A stretch of 64,000 bases of DNA from Pseudovirgaria hyperparasitica (lineage: Eukaryota), in assembly GCA_010093815.1 (NCBI GenBank), contig ML996565.1; one strand, 5' to 3'. The notes under the pieces are model-generated. The model did no database searches. It was not told where the DNA came from and saw only the letters and a program-made list of their open reading frames with translations. The position numbers and the translations under genes were made by a program. Below are positions 37,070 through 50,453 of the stretch, one piece after another (positions within the stretch are counted from its first letter, which is position 1; each line of letters begins with the position of its first letter).

Positions 37070-38769
37070 TTTGACGGTAGTAAGGCCAAGTGTCAGCCCG
37101 AGTACGCAGAAACATACCCTGGGGAGAAGTGCGAAAGGTTGTAGAAGTTGGGAACTCCTATTGGCAGGTGCCGCGTAGCTGTGCCAACGCCTATTTTTGT
37201 TGGTTGCAGGTGGAGGTCTTGAAGTAAACAACATTCAATGCCACGTGCCTGAACAATGAGCTCATCACAGTGCAATAAAATGCCAACTTTTCTCTACGTG
37301 TGGCAAGACTGCAGATTGTCTTCGGGGACATGAGCATCACTTCCAAGACCAAACATGCATGAATTCATATGGTTCGTAAGATGGTGGAGAGCACAAGAAC
37401 ACATCACACATCTCATATGTGCAACGATTTCCATAGGATGATCTTCGACGTTCCTTACAAGTATCCACCACCACATTTCGGAAAAAGCTGTATACTTCGG
37501 AAGTACAATCCCAGAAGTACAATTACTTCATCGAGTGTGTCACACACCAGGTCTCCATCCAGTCGCCACGATAGAAGCAAAGGTTGTCGCATGCAATTGT
37601 TTCATAGCAATTGCCTACCCCCGAACCCACCCAGACACGTGGCCAACAATGAACAAACTCGGCTGATAAATCCTCGAGACAGGTGTAAGTTAGATCTCCC
37701 CTGGAAATATCGATGTGCCCACTATGACGGACATCGCCGTCTCGTATACCTATCCATGGAAGAATCAAGGCCGAAGCTGCATACTGATATATAATGCGAT
37801 AAACCTTGGGTCCCGATGTTCTGCCTTTAGGCAACATTCAAAACATCGTGATGAGAGAACGGATCTTGTGATCTAAACTGCTTTCGCTACATAACTTCTT
37901 TATGCTGGCAAATCTTATGTGCCATGTCTCTGCGCAGTTGGTTCTAGGAGTTTGGATCCAGCATGCGGTTGTGTGGTCTGTAATTGAGGTGAGACTGTTT
38001 ACGATCCGTATACGATACGAGTTGATGACGATTTGGAGAGATGTACCATATCTGTGCTCTGGATCAACATAACAAAGACATAACATACTCAGGTGAGCTT
38101 TAGTACTTCGAGAACATCATATGCACGATATTGCGAGCTTTGGAGACCACTGATCCTGATGCCACACGGATGCTCAAAGGCTGGCTCTTCCACGTCTCTT
38201 GATATCTATGGTCTAAACAGCAGCGCATTGAGGCATACATATTTGGAATCGAAATAGATAACGGCATCTACCACGTCCTGGTACTGCACGTATACTTATA
38301 TGTGTTATTCATTTGACAGGACTAGAGTCTAAGATAGGGTCAGCAGATAGGGGAGTGAAATAACGGGGTGGAAATCCGGATAGGGCAAGGTCACTGTGAG
38401 CTTCCACAAGTAACTGACCAGTTGTTCTCTGAGGTATGTTTCTCAGTGGGTTTGAGCAATTGATTCTAGGGGGGAAGGATGTATACTATGTGGGAGGGCT
38501 AGGATAGTCGAGGACGAGAAGAGTAGGGAGAAAGGTGATAGGGCTGTGCAGGTTCTCGGACTTGCTCTGTGTGAAAACGAAGACGCTATGATTTAGTATT
38601 TCTAGCTTATAGATTTCCTGTTATTTGATAGGTGAACAGCTAAGGGGGGAAGGAAGACAGGTTTAATAGCCTCTGAAGTATATGTGCTATGTTTGTTGTG
38701 AAAAGCTCACGCCGGGCATTGTTCAATTCCGGTTTCTACTTTGATTGAGGGAGTAGGATTTTGCTAGTA

Positions 38770-40101
38770 ATTACGCCAACATCTCCATCCACACGGATGA
38801 AGCATTGTTCCATGAAAATCGATATAGCCATCCTCTTTCCAACCTCCCCCCTCCCCAAACCCCTAAACATACTATCCCAAGTAATATGTAATATCGTTCA
38901 AACTAGGAGCCATGAAAACATCCTCTCGGAAGCCATCCAAACAGTGCCCCTCAGACCCCTCCTCCCGTTACCCGTCAATCCCCTTACTAACCTCCAGCAA
39001 CGCCTCTAAGACTTCCATCGACCCCCCCGCCGTCGCCGCCCATTGTCCCAACGCCTCAAACGTTCCAATCGCGTCCTCGACCAATCCTCTGCACTCATGT
39101 CTAACATGCTCCCCTTCGCTCGCACAGAACGGCGACACCAGCGGCACCAGCGCCGCCTCGTACAGCTGCCACGTCGTACACCACCCCGCCAGCTGTGTTG
39201 GCGCCGGTACATTCCAGGAGGATGCTAGATCACGTATCAAGTCTGTGGCTAGCTCGCGACACATGCTGATCGCGCTGTCATTGTCGGAGGATAGATGTGT
39301 GGGCGTGTGCCCGCGGATGGCGTGGCACAGGAGTACCGGTCAGTAAAAGAGCATGTGTGTGGAAAAGACAGTGCCAGCGCATAAGGTTGAGGCAAAGAAT
39401 AAGACCGGGGGGTTCGGAGGATGGTGGGGTGAAGCTGGAGAGGGAGGTGCTCCATGATGTGAGGGTGGTGTCGAGGGCGAGGCGGCGAGGCGGCGAGCAG
39501 AAGAGTCGTGACGAGTTCGTCTTCGAGGCGACTGCTGGTGATGCAGAATGCGATGTTGTGGGCTACAATGGCGGTTATGGTGTGGTCGCCGGTCTGTGGA
39601 GACTGAAGTGAGCAGGTGCGAAAAGGGGGTGTGGGTGAGGGTGTTAACAACCGGGAACTCGGGTCGTTTCGTTGTTTAGCCGCAGCCTACACGGCCCATG
39701 CTGGATCTGCCCAGGGAGATGGCGTTCCAGGCGTCTATGATCAGCAGACACCACCAGAGACAGCGACGAAGCTCGATCATTGGGATGTTGTTGTCTGTGT
39801 CGATGGCTTCGGAGTAGTCGCGGTGGAGGCCTATGTTAAATGACATGCGGATGGTCACGCCCATGAGTGAATTTGCCAGAGCAGGTTGGATGTAGTGAGT
39901 ATACATGCCACTGAGAATCGCAAGCGTTTGAATTGTCTGTATATGAGGCAGACCTAGGATGTCGAACGTTAGATGTTGTTTTGCTCTTTCATGGAAGATT
40001 TTGTGTCTGGTGTCGCCAGGACTTGCAGCGGTGATCCTTCCCATAGACAGAACCACATTGATAAGGAACGTCCATCTTGAGCCCTTCCGAAGCCCGACGC
40101 G
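38770..40101 (-). pseudogene. 5'-truncated fungal-specific transcription factor (ClrB/CLR-2/ManR-like) pseudogene
   Basis: RWTFLINVVLSMG..HYIQPALANSLMG..RMSFNIGLHRD..ELRRCLWWCLLIIDAW..LGR. Stops at 39676 (TAA) and 39340 (FY*PVLL), plus frameshifts; no Zn2Cys6 exon or promoter. Confidence 0.8.
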
Positions 40102-40121
40102 TCTAAAATGATAGCTTTATT

Positions 40122-41897
40122 TCATTCCGTAACGAGTACCTCTTGACGCTTTGTACTTGCTTTGCGTGGATTGGGGGCGTCAAAGATATAATCAAGCTCT
40201 TCCAAGGTACGTCCCTTCGTCTCCACGAAGAAGAAGTAGATGAAGATGAACTCAAAAACGTCCCAAAGTACGAAAAATACATAGAACCAGAATCCAATCT
40301 GTGATATGTCAGTAGATCGGGCGTCGGAAAGAATCACGTCGTAAAGGAACTTACGTTTCGCAAGGCCACAGGAGCGGCATATGTGTTGACAAAGCCAGCC
40401 GTTCCAGCCGTCAGTTGGAAAACTCCCATTCCCTTTGCTCTCATATCGTTCGATAGGACCTCACCAGGGTAGATGGGTTGCATGGAAGTGAACCCCAATG
40501 CGAATACAGAGCCGAATAAGTAGATGAACGCAATAGATGCCACCGACGTTGCTTTACTCTCTGTTTTGACATACCCTGCAGCGGTACCTGCAGCAACAGC
40601 CAGGCACACCGCCATGCCAGCAGTGGTTGACAATAGAAGCTTACGACGGCCTACCACGTCGTGTAACCTAGCTCCAATTATCGCAGGGATCCAGCCTGCG
40701 ATGGCATAGATTATATTTAGAAGCAGCTGTGTGTTGGTATCCGTGACGCCAACATTGGCAACCAGGTATGGGAGATCTGAAGGTGTCAGTTCGACTAAGT
40801 TGCAATGAGATTGCTACTTACAGTAGGATGCGACACTGTGCACAAGCCATTAGTAAGATTTCTACATCTAGGTTGTCTATGCAGACTTACTTGTTGCCGC
40901 TGAACTGACCAAACCAGCCAAAAGCAATGTTAAGCAGGATTCGATACCGCCGGGCAGCGGTTTTGAAAAGGACTCGAAGATCAAAATAGGTTCTCCAGGT
41001 CATGATTCCTTCAGCACGTAGTGCCTCACTCATTTCTGACATTTGCAGCTCCACCAGGGGGTGGGTCTCATCGCCATTCGCATGTAGCTCAGCAATAACC
41101 TTCCGCGCTCTGTCCTGCTGATCGGTTCCTATCAACCAGCGTGGGGACTCCGCGCAAAACCATATACCCAGACACACTAGTCCAGGGCAAAGCATCTGTA
41201 GCCAGAGAGATAGTCTCCATTGAAGCGTCCCCTTGTCAGAGAGCTGTTGCACAGAGCCATATACAACGCATGTCGCGATGATAGAGCCGAGGTAGTACAG
41301 GGTGTTGTACATGCCAGCCACAGTCCCACGGTATTGAGGTGGCGCTATTTCGATGAGGTAAAGTGGAGCTGCGGTTGCTGCCAGAGTCGAAAAAAAGGAG
41401 AGGAGGAAACGTCCGCCAATGAAAGTTGTCAGTGTAGGAGCAGTTGCTGTCACAACTGCGCCTACACAGGTACCGAAGCAACCTATAAAGATAGGCCATC
41501 TTCGGCCTTGCCAATCTGCTGCCCACGTGAAGAGCGCGCCTATCATCTGGCCAATCTGGAAGATGCCGAATACGAGCCCAGTACCGCTGCTCCCTTCGGC
41601 TGGAAGACCGTAGTAGGCCGTGTAGCTAGGAAGGGCGTTGATTGAACCCATGAGTGAGCCATCATAACCTTCGAATGTCAGAGTTGTGACAGAGTAAACT
41701 TAAGAGCAACGCTTACCATTCATTGTCGAGCAGAGATAGATCAGAAGACATACTGTGTAAAGATGGATTGCACCTCTACTCCAGGGACTTGTCTTGTGTT
41801 CGATCAAGATGCCCCCCAATTTGGGATCTCCAATGATCTCGGCATGCTTCTCGACTACTTCAGTCCGCTTAGCAACGTAATCTTCCTTGGTCGACAT
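40122..41897 (-). CDS. MFS sugar porter (lactose permease/cellodextrin transporter-like)
   Basis: [66 protein letters not shown]; four introns including a 14-nt microexon near 40822-40835. Confidence 0.92.
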
Positions 41898-42385
41898 TTC
41901 GTTTGGCCAGTCTGTCCATCGACTGCGTCGTAAAGGCACAATGGACATTCGAGCGCATAATTGTAGTCAAATGGGGACGTATATATCCTAGACAGTCGGC
42001 AAACTTTAGGCCATGCTCCGTTCCCCGAAAGGGTTCCGCTCGAGTAGGTCACGAGTGGCTTTCATCGAGGATAACAAGATGTCTGTTGGTGCCGGGATCG
42101 ATACCTCGAAGGCGATGTGGCTGAAGGCAGTGTCCCTTGATTCGCTAGGACGGCTGAGCCAGACATGACAGCTTGCCGTGGATGGAATTGTCAGAAGCTG
42201 TGTATGATATGCCAAAGAGTGTTTCATATGAGAGAAACACTTAAAATACATTACGGCGCAGAATGAAAGAGCCGTCTCCACACCTGCGCGATCTACAGAT
42301 ATCCGCAGCTTGCTCCCGGAAATCGGGTTGCGGCACAGGCACATTCTAAGTCGAACATGGTGCGGATTCTACTTTAGGAACGGAA

Positions 42386-42470
42386 CCAATGCAAACTCCG
42401 CCCCCACGATACTCCACAGGCTGCGGGAGTATTTGCGGCATGGACGCCGTGGCTTGTGATTCATGCGGGG
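42386..42470. promoter_or_regulatory. Divergent promoter elements: CGG-N8-CCG (ClrB-type), CCAAT and clustered SYGGRG (CreA-type) sites
   Basis: cgg-catggacg-ccg at 42436-42449; ccaat at 42386; SYGGRG matches at 42396, 42402, 42412 (minus strand) and 42465 (plus strand). Confidence 0.55.
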
Positions 42471-42687
42471 CTGCTGTTTCGGTCTTCTCACCAATTCCGT
42501 GCCTAATTTGATTAGCTCTGATCGTGCAAGTGATGTTTTCTTGCCCAACTCAACATGGATCACTGCTGCAGTGACGCACCTGTGTGTGCTGGGAATATGC
42601 ATCTTTTATCCTTTCTGTAAAGTACTTAAGATAAGCTTGAAAACTACGGTCTGAAATGGCATATACTGTTTCTTTGGCATTGTGAAG

Positions 42688-45458
42688 ATGAGTGCATGTC
42701 CCCTTACACAGATACTACTTACGAACGGGTGGGAACTTCAGGGGCAAGGCGTCTGGGATTCGGAATGGCTATCAGTAGAGTCTGTACCGACTGTCGTGCA
42801 CCTAGATTTGCTGAAGTTGGGGAAGTAAGTTCCATGCCCAGATCTTTGTCCTAGTTGTTTTCAGTTCTAATATGTTCGCCCGAAAGGATACCAGACCCAT
42901 TTATTGGCTACGGTGAACTTGACGTGGAATGGATTGGGGAGAGGACATGGATCTATCGAACGTCGTTTCCAAGTCCCCAAAGGACCGCCGGAGGGCGCAT
43001 CGATCTAGTCTTTGAGGGACTGGATACTTTCGCAGAAGTCCGTCTCAATGGCCACACGATTCTCAACAGCGAAAATATGTTTTTAGAGTATCGTGTTGAT
43101 GTTGGTAGCACTCTGAAAAATGACGCAGTGAATGTGCTCGAGCTTGAATTCGCCCCTGCGCTCCTGAAGGGTAGGGAGCTAGAGAAGGAAAATAGCGAAT
43201 ACCGTTTCATTGCACACAATGGTGAAACAGGTCGATTGGGTGTCAGAAAGGCACAATACCACTGGGTGATTATATATCTTCTTTTCCTAAACATCTTCTC
43301 ACACTCTTCTAGGGATGGGACTGGGGTCCTGTATTCATGACTGCCGGTCCCTGGAAACCGGTCCGACTGGAAATATTTCACTCACGAATTGAGCGGCTGT
43401 GGGTTGATTATGCTTTGAATGATGGTCGTTGTACCCTCGGCGGTACATTGTTTGCGACAGTATCAGGCCGCCCGGCAAGACTGCGGTTTGTTATCGAGGA
43501 TGAGGGTGAAAGTCGATCAGTCTTCACCGAGACAGTTGACATTGATAAGGGAAGCGAAGCCAAATGTAGATTCACTCTCGAGAACCCGAAGCTGTGGTAC
43601 CCAGTCGGGTCTGGTGGCCAACCACTTTACAAGCTGTCCGCCGAGATTATTCAGGACGACCAAATCCTGAATCACGTAGCGATTAAGACTGGGTTCCGGG
43701 ACGTCGAACTGATCCGCAATCATGATACCGTGGGAGAGAGCTTCTTCTTCCGAATCAACGGAATCGATGTCTTCTGCGGTGGTTCATGCTGGATCCCAGC
43801 CGACAACTTCCTTCCCAGACTGTCCGAAGTCGATTATCGGAAATGGCTGCAGACCTTGGTGGAAGGTAACCAAAACATGATCCGGTACGCACATAATATC
43901 CCATATTTGGAGCCCCGCTAATTTGTTCAGGGTTTGGGGAGGAGGGATCTACGAGCCAGATATGTTCTACTCGATCTGCGATGAGCTGGGCATTCTAGTG
44001 TGGCAAGACTTCATGTTTGCATGTGGTAGTTACCCCACATGGCCATCTCTATTGCAGAACATTAAGCAAGAAGTGGCGTACAATGTTCGAAGACTAAGGG
44101 ATCATCCATCGGTAGTCGTCTTTGCGGGCACTAATGAGGATTATCAAATCCAGGAGTGGTACAAGCTCGATTACCAGGAGTCGACTGATCCTCAGGAATG
44201 GCTCAAGTCGTCATTTCCAGCTCGATTCATTTATGAGTCTCTTTTACCCACGGTATGCGGCAAGGAGGCTCCAAGAGTCCCATACTGGCCTTGTTCTCCC
44301 TTCACTGGAGGCGGTAAAGACTCCGGAGATCAGAGGATCGGTGATATCCACCAGTGGAATGGTAGGATTAGACTTGACATCCATGTGAGTTATGCTGATA
44401 TAGTCCCTAGTTTGGCACGGCACACAAGAGAAATACCAAAGGTTTCCCGAAATCGGTGGAAGGTTCGTCAGTGAATTCGGCATGTGCTCGTTTCCGGCGC
44501 TGGAGACGATCCGATCATTCGTGAAATGTGATCGTGAGCTCCATGCTCAATCTTTGACGATGGACTTTCACAACAAAGCAGATGGTCATGAACGTCGCAT
44601 AGGGACATATCTGCTTGAGAATTTCCGAAACACGTCAGACTTTGAGGTAAGCCAAAGCTGTCTGCCGAGCTTGCGGAGCCAGCCGCTGATCCAACGTAGA
44701 CGTGGGTGTACTTGACCCAACTTATGCAGGCAGAGACCGTCCTCTATGCTTATAAAGGCTGGCGCAGACAATGGGGCGACTCTCGTCGGTGTGGCGGTGC
44801 ATTAGTCTGGCAATTGAACGACTGTTGGCCTTGCTCATCGTGGGCAATAGTCGACTATTACCACCGCAAGAAGATTGCGTACTACACTATCAAACGGGCC
44901 ATGCGACCATTAGCAGTCGGGGTCATGCGAGAGCACAAAGACTGGAGTCAGTCGCATGCTCGGCCCACAAAGGAGCTGGAGTATGCCGTCTGGATCTCCA
45001 GCAACCAGAAGATGTCCTTTGCAGCAGACCTCGAAATAAGATTCATCTCCATTGCCTCCGGTAAAGATGTCAAACCCTCCATCGTCAAATCTGGCATCAC
45101 GGTGGTCGAAAACGGTACCACCGAAGTACTTAAAGGAATGGTTGACGGTACATGGGATGATCCTTACGCTGTCGTTGCCCGGTTGTTGGTCAACGGTGAG
45201 TGCATCTCGAGGGATGCCGACTGGCCTCAGCCATACAAGTATATCCACTTCGAAGAGCGAGGTTTGTCACTTCAATTGGCCAGTGAAGTGCTGACGGTAA
45301 CGGTCAACAAACCTGTCAAGGGATTCACTGTTGAGGAGCAGGAGGGCGTTGCTTTGAGCGATAATGGTATTGACGTTTTCCCGGATGACCAGCAAACAAT
45401 CACATTGAAGGGCTACCGTGGGACCCTTGACCAATTAAGATACAAGATCTTAAAATGA
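42688..45458 (+). CDS. mndB: GH2 beta-mannosidase B-type (no signal peptide, intracellular)
   Basis: VPTVVHLDL, FEGLDTFA, RKAQYHWGWDWGP, GGSCWIPAD, NMIRVWGGGIYE, WQDFMFAC, GTNE, RFVSEFG, GALVWQLNDCWP; five introns with consistent phases. Confidence 0.9.
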
Positions 45459-45649
45459 GTGTTTGGTGGCCAGGCGTATGCAGGAGACGATAGGACACAG
45501 GATAGGAATGGATGAAAGCACTCAAATCGTAGATTGTGTTGAGTTGTAAGCGAACTTTTCCGTGACATGGTCTGTGTTGTAGTGTTCAAACGAATCAATG
45601 GTTTTTCTGGAACCTGAAGAGCTTGGCGTTTTCATTCACGCATATATTC

Positions 45650-46260
45650 TCACCCTCCTATATCAGATAGTCATTCTACCTCTCTAGCTCTATATAAGTG
45701 TCTACATATGTAATTATCCTAATTAGCAAGCTTTAAAATCTTTAATTTTGTCTATAATAGAAGGGTTTTAATTCTTAGAGAAGAGGAAGAGAGACGTTTT
45801 TCTAACGCACGGGCCCTCTTCTAAAAGCCTCTAGTAAGAATCCTTAGAAATTCTTCTCTCTTTAGAGAGACTTTATAGGGAAGAAGTAAACCTATAGAAG
45901 GATAAAAATATACCGTATTTCTATCTTATCTACTTTTGATATTACTAATCACTTAGATATAGATATAAAAGTAGAGAGAGCTCTAGATAGGAAGATAGGG
46001 GAGAGAGCACCCGTGGACGTGTGGGCGAGTGCCAAGCTCGTCAGGTTTTAGATAAACGACGGATAGGTAATTAACAAGATACAAAGGTCCTGGTCCCTCT
46101 TCTGATTTGTTTGCTAGGCGGGTCACTAATGATAGTCGAAATTATATATCACTCGAGAATAGACCACAGCTCTATACTTAATTATCTAGGCTTAGAGTAT
46201 ACCCGACGTAGGATCCCGACTTGTACTAGATTACATACCTCAGGGTAGCCTGTGCTTTAA
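45650..46260. mobile_element. AT-rich RIP-type degenerate repeat/transposon relic
   Basis: Abrupt AT-rich tract with abundant TA/TAG/CTA and few CA/TG dinucleotides, no ORF; element family not recognisable. Confidence 0.5.
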
Positions 46261-46797
46261 TAATCTTCTTTCCTTGCGCCGATCTTTCTACTCTGAAGTG
46301 GTCTCACCAAGCCTAGTGATGCGGGTCTTAGAACCAGATTGCAGCCAAATCAATCTTGGATACTGCCTCCGCCGTCATCAGGTCTGCCCCTCTCGAGTCC
46401 CGGTACACATCAGGGACGTAGGGAGAATAGATTCCTAGGATCCATAGTGAATCCTTTTGAACCCAATCTTGCATATTGTCCGGAGATGCTCGGCCGTCGA
46501 TACCCCAGTGGTTCGTTCGGAACTACTTGGGAAGCCTATCCATCTGAAAACGGCCCGGAGCTCTAGCGCCGTTCTAAAAAGGGTACCGTGCAGAATATCT
46601 CACGAAATAGGAGCGGAACAGACATCATGCACAACTGCAACATGGGATGACAAGTCACTGTCTGTTTTAGGGATGGATAGGCAGTTCACCACCTCTGGGT
46701 CAAGTCCTGCTGGTGCCAAGAGTCGCTCTACAAAAGAGGGTTGAGGCCGAGACCAGAGGACAACGCAGTACATGTCCTGAGGTTCTGATTCACGAAG

Positions 46798-49700
46798 ATG
46801 CTTCCCCTGCTCTTCCCACTTGGGTTGTATGCCACTGTCGTGTCCGCAACATTCATCGGTATCACATCAGGAGGTGCAGAGTATGTCGAAATTAGCGACT
46901 GCTCCAATTGGCGCGTAGCAAACGCGAACGGCACTCTTTCATTCGATGCAACAGTCCCAGGCCTCATCCATACGGATCTATATGCTGCTGGTATAATTGC
47001 AGATCCCTTATATGGAGATAACTGTGTGCTGCCCCCACCAGTCTAGTTTCAAAATATACGCCTGACTCTTCGTAGTTGCCACACAAGACTGGATTGCAGC
47101 CGACAATTGGACGTACTCACGAAAACTACCCGACACGGCACCGTCTGGCAAAAAGTGGACGGACTTCCGCCGAGTCTATCTTGTATTCGAAGGACTGGAT
47201 ACTATCGCCACCGTCAACTTAGGCGGAGAATTCGTAGGGTTTGCCAACAACCAATTTCGTCAATGGGTCTTCGATGCAACCTCCTTTCTCACTACTTCAT
47301 CAGAGCTGGAGGTTAAATTTCAAAGTGCGATTCAATATGCTCTCTATCAGCAGGATACTCATGATCAACCATACACCCTGTTCACCAATTATGGTGACGT
47401 GTATCCATTCGGAAGGGAGTTCATCAGAAAAGTACGTCTCCATTCTCTGAAAAGTTACGTTACTGACGTCCGTACTAGATCCAGTCAGATTTCGGTGAGT
47501 TTGTATGGAAAGTGTCTTTTCATTCTACTCACCACCTATAGGATGGGATTGGGGTCCTCATTTTGCGCCACAGGGAATCTATAAACAAGCTTATTTAGTC
47601 GGCCTCGATGATGGAATCGCGATAACGAACACATTCATCGACATCTACAAAGATAATCAACGTCCCAACGACATCTTCTTTGAGGAAAACTCTCCCTGGA
47701 CAGTCAATGTCAGTATAGATTATTTATCAGCTGGATGCCAGGAATCTGCAATCCTCGGTATCGATATAGGCGGTCACAATGTCTCCACTCCAGCCTTGAA
47801 AATCCGAGATGGGCATGGTAGAGTAGGAACAAGTCTGACCATCGCTGATGGTGATGTCGAGCGTTGGTGGCCTTGGGAGTTCGGTAATATTTCTCATCAC
47901 TGCTTGTCTAAACCAACATTAACCAGCCATAGGTACACCACATATGTATAATGCAAGTATATGTCTACAACTCGATGCAGGGGCTCAGATAGACTTTGTC
48001 CAACGAACAGCCTTTCGCACCATTGTAATGGATCTGACGCCGTATAATGATCGACCTGGCAATCATTTCAGCTTTCGTATCAACGGACACCGGTTTAACA
48101 CCAAAGGCATGTAGCAGTTACCTGATAAATCCCATTGAAACATACTGATTAGTTACGGATAGGTAGCAACATGGTCCCTATAGATCCGTTCGAGCAGCGC
48201 GTCAATGAAGCATGGGCTCGTCGGCTGCTCGAAGCTTCTGTGGCATCCAATTACAACATGATCCGACTATGGGCTTCTGGAAACTACTACCCGGACTACC
48301 TGTATGATGTCGCAGATGAACGTTAGTGAAACCAGTTGCATAATATCATTCGATACGTCGCTAACATACCTGCCATGCCCAGTTGGCATTCTACTCTGGT
48401 CAGATTTCCAATTCAGCGACAATTATTACCCTGTGTGGCCAGAGTTCCTAGAGAACGTGCAGGAGGAAGTCCGATATCAAATGCGCAGGCTCAATCATCA
48501 CCCATCATTGGCTGTATGGGCCGGCGGCAATGAGATGGAACGCTATGCAGTGCGAATGCAAGCCCGTAACGAGACATATGGCGAAGCTTGGTTCGACAAC
48601 TACACAACCCTTTTCGTCGATACTATCTGGCCCGAAGTCTACCAAAACACGCGCTCAATTTCATGGCTGCAGGCCAGTGACACTCAGGGCTACGAGTCTT
48701 ATGATTCAAGCACCGGAGTCTGGATCCCAAAATATACCGACCAAGATAGCTATGGCAACCGGTTCGTTGGGCCGCAAGAGGACTACTATCTGAAGGTTAA
48801 CGAGGTTTTCAACAATTCCGTAGTGCTAGGCGGACGCTTTGTTGTTGAGTACGGGATGTTCAGCTGGGACTCCTACGAATCGTACCGCACTGTGCTCCCC
48901 GAGTCCGAGCTTGTTGCCGATGGCGAAGTTCTTCTCTCGCGCTGCTACGACGGCGGCCCAACCGTATATCCAGATACCATTGCGGCCTTGCAAACATTCT
49001 ACGGCACCCCGACCGTCAAGGATCCCACATCATACTTCGACCAAGTCACATGGTTATCCCAGATCTATCACGCTGAAATCCTTAAGTTCAAGACCGAATC
49101 CTACAGACGCGGCATCGGCCTACCCGAAAACAACCTTGGTGCTCTTGTATGGCAACTGAATGCCCCGTGGACCACTTTGGCTCTCAACACGATCGAGTAT
49201 ACTGGCCGATGGAAAGTGCCCCAGTACATCACGCAACAGATTTTCTCGCGTGTGGCCGTCAGCTCATGGTTCGAGCCTTCAAACAACACGTTCAATATCT
49301 GGATGGCGTCCGACCTCTGGACGGAATGCCAGGGCACAGTCGAAGCCACGTGGGCGACTTGGGCCGGCGAGACCGTAGAGACCACGACACACGACTTCAC
49401 ACTAGCGAACATGGCAAGTGGTGAAGTAGTTCAGAAAACTGGCTGGGAGACCATCCTGCCACAAGGCTACGACTCGTCTGACGTGGTCCTTCTGCTCAAG
49501 GCGACTGCAACAGACGGTGAGGGCAAGCAATGGGTTCATGAGAACTTCTGGGTGCCCAATCAGCTCGTCAATGCGACGCTGCATGACCCATGTCTCGAGC
49601 TGAAAAGGACCGGGGACGGAAAGTTCACGGTCACGGCGAACAATGCTACTGCGGCATATGTATGGCTGACGGAGCCTGCTGGTGTGGTGGGCTTCTTTGA

Positions 49701-49827
49701 CCAGAACGCGGTGTTCCTTGCGAAGGGAGAGACGAGGACTTTCAAGTTTATAGTTCAGAAAGATGAGACTGATGGCGTGTGGCAAGATGGAGTCAAGGTG
49801 AGAAGTTTCTGGGATAACTTCGAGTGA
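46798..49827 (+). CDS. mndA: Secreted GH2 beta-mannosidase A-type
   Basis: Signal peptide, VPGLIHTDL, FEGLDT, NQFRQW, IRKIQSDFGWDWGP, KGSNMVP, NMIRLWASG, WSDFQFS, WAGGNE, RFVVEYG, GALVWQLN; six introns including one GC-AG (48107-48162) and a 16-nt microexon. Confidence 0.88.
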
Positions 49828-50453
49828 CGGTCCATGTGCATAGCTTTGAAGCGCTGTGATTTACACCAAGGCAACAACAAGAGACCTCGAGGCTCAGGAC
49901 AAGTAGCCAGAGTAATACCAACACGTCCTCTCTAAGGTGACCATTCCAATTCTAGTGCACCTACAGAAGTGCTAGATAGCTCAGCGCTACAAAAGAACTC
50001 ACATGTTTCATAGGCGTACAGAAGCACCAGGTCACGAAAATATCTTCTCATCGACGGTAGAAGTCAAAGGCCACTATGAGCATCAGTCATTAGCTCATCT
50101 ACACCATGTACTTGATCTCTTAGGTCTGTACAGGAGACCGGCCATACGTGTAAAGTGTGCGCCCTAGCAGGTTTCCCTATGCCTCCATCCAGGACATAAG
50201 CGGCATTGGAACAGCGATTCGGAAATCTGAGGTGTCCCTAGCCTGGAACCCCTACGAGAGTCAGGAACTATAGTCGGCACATACAGCACTATTTCACACC
50301 TGAGACGTGTGGCATTGTTTTCGAATTGACATAGAAACTATATGCGACTGCACTCTCTTAGGAAGTTTAAATACATACAAAAGAAGTGAAAGAAGATTGC
50401 TTTGAAGTAGATAAAACTATGTCCTCCGAAGAGTAATCATCAGGCTGCCCCGC

